Translations under genes and position numbers: made by a program | Shown here: positions 49,092-57,886 of the stretch, in pieces | Layout of the letters: each line of letters opens with the position of its first letter | How positions within the stretch are numbered: position 1 is the stretch's first letter | Notes under the pieces: model-generated | Told to the model about the DNA's origin: nothing | The model's input: only the letters and a program-made list of their open reading frames with translations | Database searches by the model: none | Assembly: GCA_049322915.1 (NCBI GenBank) | Contig: JBMOPW010000036.1 | Location: 1-64,000, forward strand | Source: Candidatus Zhuqueibacterota bacterium | GTDB taxonomy: Bacteria; Zhuqueibacterota; Zhuqueibacteria; Thermofontimicrobiales; Thermofontimicrobiaceae | Direction of reading: 5' to 3' | DNA length: 64,000 bases

Positions 49092-49700
49092 TTAATTGAT
49101 CAATTCCGATTTGATGGAAACGCGAACCAATCCCCTGAAGTCGTTGAGTTGATAGTCCACTGCTTTGTCGTTGGGATAATTTTCACTGAGAATTTGGGCT
49201 ATTTTGGGATCCATTGTCTGTGGCGATGCATGGCAACTCAGGCAAGGCTTATCCATGGTCATGGGTTTGTAATAGCGATATTCCTGCGCTGCAAAGACGG
49301 GCTGAATATAGTACTCGGGCAGCGTTTTGTTTTGCTGCAGCGAGGCTTCAAAATATTTCAGGGCGAGCGCTTCTAGCGAATCCGGAGCATTGAACGGATT
49401 GCGGAATTTGAACGACGTGCGTTTCAACTGAATGGGTTTCTGCAACAGGGACTGAACCTCCTCGGTGATGGGAATGGCCTGACTGGCGCAGACCTCGATC
49501 GCTTCAACAGCGCCGCCCTGGTTCATGGCCTCCACCAGGTGTTTCCTGAGATTTTTCATCAGTTCCAGCGCAGACGACTCCCCGATCTCTCGGATTTTGC
49601 TCTCCTGGGCTGCCGTCAATTTCTGGGATTGCTGGGAACAGCCGAGAATGACGGCGCCACAAACCAGCATTATGCTAAGGATTAATGATCGTTTTTTCAT
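49092..49700 (-). CDS. DUF3365/Tll0287-like c-type cytochrome lipoprotein
   Basis: Lipobox ILGC; RNP.NAPD, CLSCH heme motif and YP.DKA..Y...DFRG. Confidence 0.88.
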   Translation of the reverse strand: MKKRSLILSIMLVCGAVILGCSQQSQKLTAAQESKIREIGESSALELMKNLRKHLVEAMNQGGAVEAIEVCASQAIPITEEVQSLLQKPIQLKRTSFKFRNPFNAPDSLEALALKYFEASLQQNKTLPEYYIQPVFAAQEYRYYKPMTMDKPCLSCHASPQTMDPKIAQILSENYPNDKAVDYQLNDFRGLVRVSIKSELIN

Positions 49701-49940
49701 TTTGTTTCCTCCTGTTTTACTGATGGATGACGGTGCGCGCTGCGTTCAGCAGGGATATTCAATTCTGAAGATGAATGGACAGACCAGATTATTAAATTTC
49801 AAGTCCTTTGGCAATCTGAGCCGGAAGCGGGCGCGGAACGATGGCATTCATGCGGCCAGGTTTGAAAGGGCGCACTCCATTCAGCTACAAAATCAATGGG
49901 TTGCCTCGTGGCCCGGAATCAAGCTCAAAATTCAAGGTAC

Positions 49941-49969
49941 AATGTAATTTGATTCGACTTAAATGTCAA
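49941..49969 (-). promoter_or_regulatory. Sigma70-like promoter
   Basis: TTGACA-17 bp-TACATT on the minus strand, upstream of the cytochrome gene. Confidence 0.5.
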
Positions 49970-50105
49970 GAGAGAAATGAAAAAATTTTAGATTGACAGG
50001 GATTGCCGGTCATACAAAATCGGATGGAGAGGTGGATTGGCGGAATCGCAGCGATGAACAGGGGAGGGCGTCGGGTGAGCCAGTCATCCTGGCCCACCCT
50101 GAACG

Positions 50106-50906
50106 TCATTGCTCCAAAATCTTCACGTTTCCATTGACAGTGGAAATATCAATTTTGCCGCCGCCTCCATCGATGTCGCCCTCAATTCGATGCTTCATCA
50201 CTTTGCCCCGGATGGTGAGCGGGAAATCGGTCCGGACGGAGCCATTCACCGTGGACGCATTGACATTGGCGCGAACCGTGGCCGGCAAACTGAGCGTCGC
50301 ATTGCCGTTGGTCGTCTTCATCCGAATAGCGTCAGTCTCCTGGAAGTCGGTGGCTTCAGCGGTCACCGATCCATTCGTCGAATATAATTCCAGCGATCCT
50401 TCCATGTTCTCCACTTCGATGTTGCCATTGGTGGTGCGCATGGAATTCTTGCCGCGGACGGAAGATGCGAAAATATTGCCATTGGTGGAATGCAAATCGA
50501 GGTTGGATTGCCGGGGCGCTTTGATGGTGAAATGAATCACTGGCGTGCGACCGGAAGTGAACAGGGTATTCCAGAAGCCACTGTCGCTATCATGTCGGGG
50601 GTAATCTGCTTCGATGGTCAGGTGGCCTCCGGTCTGTTCGACGACAATAGTCACCTTCTCCATTATGCGGTCAGCGTCGCGCTGGCTGCGGGCTCGCACT
50701 TTGATTTCAGCCTCAATTTTCACTGATTCACTATCCCAGGCGGTTGCTTTGATTTGGCCATTGACCGAAGTCACCTGGATGTCGCCAGCGCTCTTAAACT
50801 CCACGGTCTTACTGAAATGTTTGGTGAAATCGTCCGAAGCATGGACCAGGGTTGCCGTTAAAAAGACCACTGCCAGACAGAAATTTTTCCATGTTAATGC
50901 GTGCAT
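50106..50906 (-). CDS. DUF4097 family beta-strand repeat protein
   Basis: Repeated (S/T)TNG/VNG turns; signal peptide; GGAGG RBS before MHALTW. Confidence 0.85.
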   Translation of the reverse strand: MHALTWKNFCLAVVFLTATLVHASDDFTKHFSKTVEFKSAGDIQVTSVNGQIKATAWDSESVKIEAEIKVRARSQRDADRIMEKVTIVVEQTGGHLTIEADYPRHDSDSGFWNTLFTSGRTPVIHFTIKAPRQSNLDLHSTNGNIFASSVRGKNSMRTTNGNIEVENMEGSLELYSTNGSVTAEATDFQETDAIRMKTTNGNATLSLPATVRANVNASTVNGSVRTDFPLTIRGKVMKHRIEGDIDGGGGKIDISTVNGNVKILEQ

Positions 50907-51108
50907 GTTTAATCCTCCAAGTAATGAGTGTTCGTTCATTCAGAGCAGCAGGCTCGGTTCGACCAAAATCATTCATCGATTTTACCCGAGATGATAATTC
51001 GGCCGTACCCATTTTGATAGATGCGAATTTGATCTCGAATACGGTCGAATCAGGCGATAGTTTCAAAGTATATGGACATCGACATGGTGTACTGCCATGA
51101 GTTTCCTG

Positions 51109-51137
51109 TTGACATTTTCAGCAAATCTTTGTAAGTT
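51109..51137 (+). promoter_or_regulatory. Sigma70-like promoter for the DUF169 gene
   Basis: TTGACA-17 bp-TAAGTT. Confidence 0.5.
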
Positions 51138-51266
51138 ACGCCTTGAAATTGTGTCGATGTCGCATTTCATAACAACTGAAGTTATTCGGTGATAGCCATC
51201 GAAAGAAGCTGGTTCGACATAAATTCTATTCATCTGTATGCACTTAATTGAGAAAGGACAAAACCT

Positions 51267-51983
51267 ATGCAGCCAGATCCATCCAATGTGTTGAAGGTCG
51301 CGAATATCACCTATCCGCTGATTGGATGTTATGACGCCCCGGATACAGCGCCGTTCGAGCCGCTGGTGAGCCCCAGTCCCGGCAAACGCGCGTGTACTTT
51401 CTCGTTTTTCAAATCGTGGCTCAACGGAAAAACGTTGTTCATCACAAAGGACAATTACGGCTGCGGCGGCGCTGGCCACTGGATTTTTGATCTGGAAACC
51501 AGGAATCGTCCGGATTTCATCAAATTTCTGGTCGACGAAGAAGGGTTGAAATCGTCGCACGAACTCATGGATCGATGGCTGAATGTCAATATTCCCTATC
51601 AGGCGGAATATGGGAACATTCTCATTGGGCCGTTGCAGGCCGAACAATATCCCTACCTGAAAACAGTCACATTCTACGTGAATCCGGACCAGTTGAGTCT
51701 GCTCATGGTGGGCGCCCAGTACAACAATTCTCCAGACGATCCGGCGCCGGTCATCGCCGCTTTCGGAGCCGGCTGCATGCAGCTTCTGCCTTTGTTCGAA
51801 GACTTGAATGCGCCGCAGGCCATGGTTGGCGCGACTGATATTGCCATGCGCCAATTTCTTCCGCCGGATATTCTTGCGTTCACAGTGACCCGGCCCATGT
51901 TCGAGCAGCTCTGCAACCTGGACCAACGGAGCTTCCTGTACAAGCCATTCTGGCAACGATTGCAGAAGGCGAGGGAACATTAA
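51267..51983 (+). CDS. DUF169 family protein
   Basis: GCGGAG, GPL, VTFYVNPDQLS.L, FGAGC and GATDI..R motifs; AAGGA RBS. Confidence 0.8.
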   Translation: MQPDPSNVLKVANITYPLIGCYDAPDTAPFEPLVSPSPGKRACTFSFFKSWLNGKTLFITKDNYGCGGAGHWIFDLETRNRPDFIKFLVDEEGLKSSHELMDRWLNVNIPYQAEYGNILIGPLQAEQYPYLKTVTFYVNPDQLSLLMVGAQYNNSPDDPAPVIAAFGAGCMQLLPLFEDLNAPQAMVGATDIAMRQFLPPDILAFTVTRPMFEQLCNLDQRSFLYKPFWQRLQKAREH

Positions 51984-52149
51984 TAGTGCATAATTTTTCT
52001 CAACATTTTATGGGAAATACCGTATGTTATGGTGATTCGAAAACCTCGCCAACTGAAATACGGGTCATTGAGTGATAACTGCTAAGACCATGCCTGACAT
52101 GATGATTGGTACATTAACCCATCGCTATTAAACGCGTTTCAGGTGTCAC

Positions 52150-55100
52150 ATGAGAATGAAAATTCAATTCTTTAAAAAGAGCGCCTGTCGGATGAAGCTC
52201 GGTTTTTGGGCGATCATTTGTTCATTGTCCCTTCCCACATGGATAGGCGAATCGGTTGCCAATGTCAATCCTGTTGAATTTGTGCGTATCTCGCTGGACC
52301 AGGGATTGTCCCAGAGCATTGTCCCTGTAATTCATAAAGACCGCTATGGCTTCATGTGGTTCGGAACCCAGTCCGGGTTGAATAAATATGATGGATACAA
52401 ATTCATCGAATACAAAAACGACCCTTTTAATCCCCAGACCATTTCCAATAACGGGATATTATCGATAGCGGAAGATCATGCCGGCGTACTCTGGATTGGT
52501 ACGGCTGGCGGAGGCCTGAACCGGTTCGATCGGGAGACAGAGACATTCACGCGATACGGTCACAATCCTTTGGATTCCACCAGCATTCGCGATAATACCG
52601 TAACCTACGTCATGGAAGACAAGCAGCATTTCATCTGGCTCGCGACTCAGGCCGGTGGGGTCGATAAACTGGATCCCACCACAGGCAGATTCACGCGCTA
52701 TAGTTCCCGCTCCGGGGATCTGCATTCGCTCAACCACGATGCCGTTCGATGCGGCCTGGAAGATTCCAATGGCAATATCTGGATTGGCACTGTAGCTGGT
52801 TTGAACAAATATGACCCGGAGCAGGATGGGTTCATTCGTTACCAGCCGGATAAAAATAACCCCAATTCCCTGAGTTACGATGAAGTCACCTGGATTCACG
52901 AATCGCCGCGGGAGCCGGGCATTCTATGGATCAGCACAGGCGAACTGACAACGTTGTCCGAGGGCGGCGGTTTGAATCGGTTCGATACCCGCACAGGACA
53001 GTTCACTCATTTTCCCCTGAAAACATCGAGTGCGCTTTTGGCCGGGGGAAATTTACTGGGTCAAATTCACGAAGACGCGCAGGGCAACCTGTGGATTTGT
53101 TCGAGTCAGGGTCTGGTTCGTTTCGATCGCAACAGCGGCGCGTTTTCATATTTCCTGCTTGATCCTGCATCGCCCTTGAATCCGACCAATTTTGTCCGTT
53201 CGATCACCGAAGATTGCCGGGGTGATTTGTGGCTGACGACAATCGTATTCGATGGTATTTATCAGTTCAATAAAAAATCAGCCTTGTTCTTTCATCATCG
53301 GCATGACCCGGCGAACCCGACCAGTTTGAGCAATAATCTGGTGATATCGGTTTTCAATGACCCGGCCGGCGTGCTCTGGATCGGCACCAATACCGGCGGT
53401 CTGAACAAACTCGACCTTTACGCCAAGAAATTCACGCGATTTGGCTATGATCCGACCAGCCAGAATAGCATCAGCAATAGCATCGTCCGGGCGTTCTGCG
53501 AGGATAGAAATGGCGATCTGTGGATAGGCATCGGCGGAGGAGGATTGAATAAATTCGAATCCCGAACAAAGCGGGTACGCTATTACCAGGCTGATGGCGC
53601 GAATGAAGGTAGTTTGAGTCATCACATCGTTTATGCGTTATTGGAAGATCGCACCGGCGCGCTCTGGGTCGGCTCGTTGGGCGGGCTGGATCGATACAAT
53701 CGGCAGTCCGACTCTTTCCTTCACTATCGGCACCAGCCCAGTGACCCGACGACGATCGGCAGCAATTTCATCCGGGCAATTTTTGAAGACAGAACCGGTT
53801 CGCTGTGGATTGGGACTGACATGGGGGGCGTGAGCTTTTATAATCGGGAGTTGGATAATTTCACGCGGATTTTAAATGACCCGGACGACCCCTACAGTTT
53901 GAGCGCAAATTCAGTCAGGGCTATTGCGCAGGATAGCACCGGCGTCCTGTGGTTCGGCACGTTCGGCGGGGGATTGGACAAGCTGGTTTTGAGCCCGGGC
54001 AGGATCCGGGGAAAAGCACAGTCCGAAATGTTTGAGTCGAGAAAACTGACGTTCACACACTACCAGCATGATCCGAACAATCTCAACAGCATCAGCAGCA
54101 ATTCCATTCAATCGCTCTATATTGATAAACAGGGCATCATCTGGATCGGAACTTTTGGCGGCGGGCTCAACCGCTTCGATCCCCGGACCGAAACATTTGT
54201 CCATTACACGGAGAACAATAGCGAATTGCCGAACAATGTCATTTACTCGGTGCTGGGCGATGACCACGGCAATATCTGGGTCAGCAGCAATCGCGGCCTC
54301 TCAAAATTCATCCCGGAGACCGGTGATTTCGTCAATTACGATATCGATGACGGACTGCAAAGCAAGGAATTCAATGGCCAGGCCGGCTATCGCAACCGAA
54401 ACGGCGAGATGTATTTCGGCGGCATCAACGGCTTCAATGTATTTCATCCGGATAGCATCCGCGATAATCCGTATGAGCCGAATATTGCCATCACCGACTT
54501 CAAATTGTTCGGGGAATCCGTGCCCATCGGAGACGATTCGCCGCTGACGAAGCATATTTCGCTGACCGAAGAAGTGAAGCTGGCGCACTGGCAGAACAAC
54601 ATCTCGTTTGAATTTGTGTCGCTGCATTACAATCAACCTGAGAAAAATCGTTACTCCTATATTCTGGTGAACTACGATGCAGCCTGGCGGGAGGCTGGCC
54701 AACAACGGACGGCCACGTATACCAATCTCGGGCCGGGCGAATATTTCTTCCGGGTGCGCGGTTCCAATAATGACGGTGTATGGAATAAGCGAGGCGCAAC
54801 TGTGAAAATCGTCATCTCGCCGCCGTACTGGAAGACGCCCTTCGCCTATCTGTGTTATGCGCTGATGCTGACTGGTTTGTTGTTCGGTTCGTATCGCGTT
54901 CAGCGCACCGTGGTCGTGAAGCGGGAGCGAGCGCGGTCTCAACTGCGGGAAGCGGAGCTTCGGGCCCAGGCTGCGGAAGCCCAGGCGCGCGCCATCCAGG
55001 CGGAGAACGAGCGAAAGACGCACGAACTGGAAAAGGCGCGGAAGCTGCAATTGTCCATGCTGCCCAAAACGCTCCCCTCGATGCCCAATCTGGATATTGC

Positions 55101-55749
55101 CGTGCACATGCAGACTGCCACTGAAGTGGGCGGCGATTATTACGATTTTCATGTGGATGACAATGGCACGCTCACAGTGGTCATCGGTGACGCCACCGGT
55201 CATGGCCTCAATGCCGGCACGCTCGTCTCGGTGATTAAAAGCCTGTTCATCGCCAATGTGTCAAAGTCGGATATCCGAACATTTTTCGAGGATTGCACGC
55301 GGACGATCAAGCAATTGAATCTGGGCAATCTGTACATGGCGCTTTCACTCGTCCGAATTGCCAATGACACGCTCATGGCTTCCGCCGCCGGGATGCCGCC
55401 GATTTATATTTATCGAAAGAAAACTCAATCGGTTGAGGAACTTGTCATCAAGGGAATGCCGCTCGGCGCATTCGATGATTTTCTCTATGCAGATGAGACA
55501 GTCAGGCTGGAGAATGGCGACGCGGTGCTGCTGCTCAGCGATGGTCTGCCGGAGCTGTTTAACGAGAATAAGGAAGTATTTGACTATTTGCGCATTCAGC
55601 AGATTTTTGCAGAAGTCGGCGCCGGCAGCCCGCAGCGGATTATCGATCATCTGATCGAAGCCGGGGAGCAGTGGCGAAATGGCCGCGCGCAGAACGATGA
55701 TATCACGTTCGTCGTTTTGAAAGTGAAAAGCATTGACGGCGTAAATTAG
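52150..55749 (+). CDS. Sensor with two-component-regulator beta-propeller and Y_Y_Y domain fused to a SpoIIE/PP2C phosphatase
   Basis: Many ED..G.LWIGT.GGGLN repeats; YTNL.PG.Y.F.V..SN.DG.W; TM helix; EVGGDYYD, GDATGHG, SDGL and DDIT motifs. Confidence 0.93.
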   Translation: MRMKIQFFKKSACRMKLGFWAIICSLSLPTWIGESVANVNPVEFVRISLDQGLSQSIVPVIHKDRYGFMWFGTQSGLNKYDGYKFIEYKNDPFNPQTISNNGILSIAEDHAGVLWIGTAGGGLNRFDRETETFTRYGHNPLDSTSIRDNTVTYVMEDKQHFIWLATQAGGVDKLDPTTGRFTRYSSRSGDLHSLNHDAVRCGLEDSNGNIWIGTVAGLNKYDPEQDGFIRYQPDKNNPNSLSYDEVTWIHESPREPGILWISTGELTTLSEGGGLNRFDTRTGQFTHFPLKTSSALLAGGNLLGQIHEDAQGNLWICSSQGLVRFDRNSGAFSYFLLDPASPLNPTNFVRSITEDCRGDLWLTTIVFDGIYQFNKKSALFFHHRHDPANPTSLSNNLVISVFNDPAGVLWIGTNTGGLNKLDLYAKKFTRFGYDPTSQNSISNSIVRAFCEDRNGDLWIGIGGGGLNKFESRTKRVRYYQADGANEGSLSHHIVYALLEDRTGALWVGSLGGLDRYNRQSDSFLHYRHQPSDPTTIGSNFIRAIFEDRTGSLWIGTDMGGVSFYNRELDNFTRILNDPDDPYSLSANSVRAIAQDSTGVLWFGTFGGGLDKLVLSPGRIRGKAQSEMFESRKLTFTHYQHDPNNLNSISSNSIQSLYIDKQGIIWIGTFGGGLNRFDPRTETFVHYTENNSELPNNVIYSVLGDDHGNIWVSSNRGLSKFIPETGDFVNYDIDDGLQSKEFNGQAGYRNRNGEMYFGGINGFNVFHPDSIRDNPYEPNIAITDFKLFGESVPIGDDSPLTKHISLTEEVKLAHWQNNISFEFVSLHYNQPEKNRYSYILVNYDAAWREAGQQRTATYTNLGPGEYFFRVRGSNNDGVWNKRGATVKIVISPPYWKTPFAYLCYALMLTGLLFGSYRVQRTVVVKRERARSQLREAELRAQAAEAQARAIQAENERKTHELEKARKLQLSMLPKTLPSMPNLDIAVHMQTATEVGGDYYDFHVDDNGTLTVVIGDATGHGLNAGTLVSVIKSLFIANVSKSDIRTFFEDCTRTIKQLNLGNLYMALSLVRIANDTLMASAAGMPPIYIYRKKTQSVEELVIKGMPLGAFDDFLYADETVRLENGDAVLLLSDGLPELFNENKEVFDYLRIQQIFAEVGAGSPQRIIDHLIEAGEQWRNGRAQNDDITFVVLKVKSIDGVN

Positions 55750-55792
55750 CCGGATGCGTCTCCCGATTATTGTGAGAAAAGGATCAGAGGTT

Positions 55793-56299
55793 ATGGATTT
55801 TAATGAAGTGATAAGGAATCGATACAGCGTTCGCGCTTATCTGCCGAAGCCGGTGGAAGAAGAAAAGCTGAATCAGGTGTTGGAAGCAGCGGTCATCGCC
55901 CCGACGGCTGCAAACCGGCAACCATTCAAAATTTATGTGATCGAGATCAGCGGCCGGGAATCGCAACTGAGACGGCTCTACGGCCGTGACTGGTTCGTGC
56001 AGGCCCCGTTGGTGATTGGCATTGTTGCACTGGAGGCGGAAGGCTGGTCCCGCATGGATGGCAAAAATTATGCTGAAGTGGACACGACGATTGCGTTCGA
56101 TCATCTCGTGCTGGCGGCGGCGAATCTGGGACTTGGCACATGCTGGATCGCGGCGTTCAACCCGGGTGTCGCCCGCGAATTGCTGAATCTGGAACCCGGC
56201 ATGGAACCGATCGCATTCACGCCGCTCGGCTACCCTGCCGATGCGCTGAAAGCCAAAACGCGAAAAAAACTGACTCAATTGGTGACTTATATGAAGTGA
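55793..56299 (+). CDS. Nitroreductase family protein
   Basis: RYSVRAY, APTAANRQP, GLGTCWI and LGYP motifs. Confidence 0.92.
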   Translation: MDFNEVIRNRYSVRAYLPKPVEEEKLNQVLEAAVIAPTAANRQPFKIYVIEISGRESQLRRLYGRDWFVQAPLVIGIVALEAEGWSRMDGKNYAEVDTTIAFDHLVLAAANLGLGTCWIAAFNPGVARELLNLEPGMEPIAFTPLGYPADALKAKTRKKLTQLVTYMK

Positions 56300-56464
56300 C
56301 CGGTTCAAGATTGCCTGTCCCATGGGATGCGACGGCCGTGGCCCCGATGTGCATACCCTTCCTGAATTTGACCTTTCAAGCCCGGGCTGAATTTTTCATT
56401 TGCATCATCCAATCAAAATGATTAAATTGGCTCGATTCAAAAATGGACTAACTGAGCCAGGGCC

Positions 56465-57646
56465 ATGTCGTTCAATATCGTGACAATTCTTCTGCTGCTT
56501 GCCGCGGTGCAAGGACTGCTGCTGACGGTGCTGATTTTTCAGAAATACCGACGTCTGTATGCGAACCGCTTTTTGGGCGTCATGATGTGTCTGTATTCCA
56601 TCATCCTCTTCCAGATGCTGCTCACTGATTTGCAGTTCGATAGAAAATACCCCCACGTGATGTTTTTCCTCCTGGGAATTTCTTTTCTGATGGGGCCGTT
56701 GCACTATCTCTACACCAAATCGATCATTATTTCAGCTAAAAAATTCGTGCGAACCGACTGGCTTCACTTCCTGCCGTTTTTGATTTTCGAACTGCTGCAA
56801 CTGCCCATTCTGTTCGAACCGGCAGCGGCGCTCACGGCCAAGCGGGAAGCTCTCTACCGCGATGGTCTGTCGCTGGAAACCATGCTGCTCAACTGGCTGA
56901 TCCTCGCTCAAATTCTCACGTACATGACGCTGACTCTGGTGATCATCCGACGCTATGACACGCGTATCAAAAATCTATTTTCGACGATTGAAAAGATCAA
57001 GCTCAACTGGATCCGAAACATCACGCTCATGGCCATGTCCGTGGTGGCCATCTTTTTACTGGAAAACACCTTTTTCATCATCGGAGTGAATGTGTCGCAT
57101 TTCTTCAATCTGACGTCCATTTTGTTCGCCGTATTTGTGTACGCCATGGGGTATATGGGCCTGTCCAAATCAGAGATATTTGCAGCGCCGGAGACCAGCA
57201 ACGTCATGGGCCAGGCTGCTGAACTGATCGATCCGGCATCCGATGGAGTGAGAGCGCTCCAGCCAAAATACGAAAAATCCGGCCTGTCCCCGGAAAAAGC
57301 CGGGCAATACACGGACCAGCTTCGCCGACTGATGGAATCAGAAAAGCCCTATCGCGATTGCGAATTGACCCTGGGGCAGTTGGCGCACCAACTGTCCATC
57401 TCTCCGCACAATCTCTCCGAAATAATCAATACTCAAATGGGCCTGAATTTTTTCGATTTCGTCAACTCCTATCGCATCGAAGATGTGAAGCAAAGTCTCG
57501 CTGACCCACAGAAAGACCATATCAAAATACTCGCCCTTGCCTTCGACGCCGGCTTCAATTCAAAAACCACGTTTAATACCATCTTCAAAAAACACACCAG
57601 GCTCACTCCCTCGGAGTATCGCGCGCGGCTGACCGGCCGTTCGTGA
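56465..57646 (+). CDS. Membrane-bound AraC family transcriptional regulator
   Basis: Multiple N-terminal TM helices; NFFDFVN.YRI and AFDAGFNSKTTFN..FKK...TPSEYR motifs. Confidence 0.92.
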   Translation: MSFNIVTILLLLAAVQGLLLTVLIFQKYRRLYANRFLGVMMCLYSIILFQMLLTDLQFDRKYPHVMFFLLGISFLMGPLHYLYTKSIIISAKKFVRTDWLHFLPFLIFELLQLPILFEPAAALTAKREALYRDGLSLETMLLNWLILAQILTYMTLTLVIIRRYDTRIKNLFSTIEKIKLNWIRNITLMAMSVVAIFLLENTFFIIGVNVSHFFNLTSILFAVFVYAMGYMGLSKSEIFAAPETSNVMGQAAELIDPASDGVRALQPKYEKSGLSPEKAGQYTDQLRRLMESEKPYRDCELTLGQLAHQLSISPHNLSEIINTQMGLNFFDFVNSYRIEDVKQSLADPQKDHIKILALAFDAGFNSKTTFNTIFKKHTRLTPSEYRARLTGRS

Positions 57647-57886
57647 GGAACCTCCCATGCGTTTGATCCCAGCGGATTGAACACCAATAGCCGTACCGGC
57701 CAATGGGACAGGGCGCTTTTCTTCTCAAATTTCATTATATTTGTGCCAGTCGCTGATGTGCCGCGGCGTGACGTTCACTGAACTCCGGGAACGTCGCGCC
57801 ATCGTCTACGATCCACATCGCACCTGTGCTCAAAAATGAAGCGCTGAATCAGTTGAATATTCATGAAAACAATGAGGAGAATTGCA

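Noticed and set aside
52029..52086. Fluoride-riboswitch-like fragments (GGTGAT..TCGCC..TGATAACTGCTA)
   Set aside because: The pseudoknot partner sequence is missing and the downstream gene is not fluoride-related.
57740..57805. Hairpin upstream of the TonB receptor, considered as a cobalamin riboswitch
   Set aside because: A single stem only, without the conserved B12-box layout; the adjacent AraC gene is the likelier regulator.
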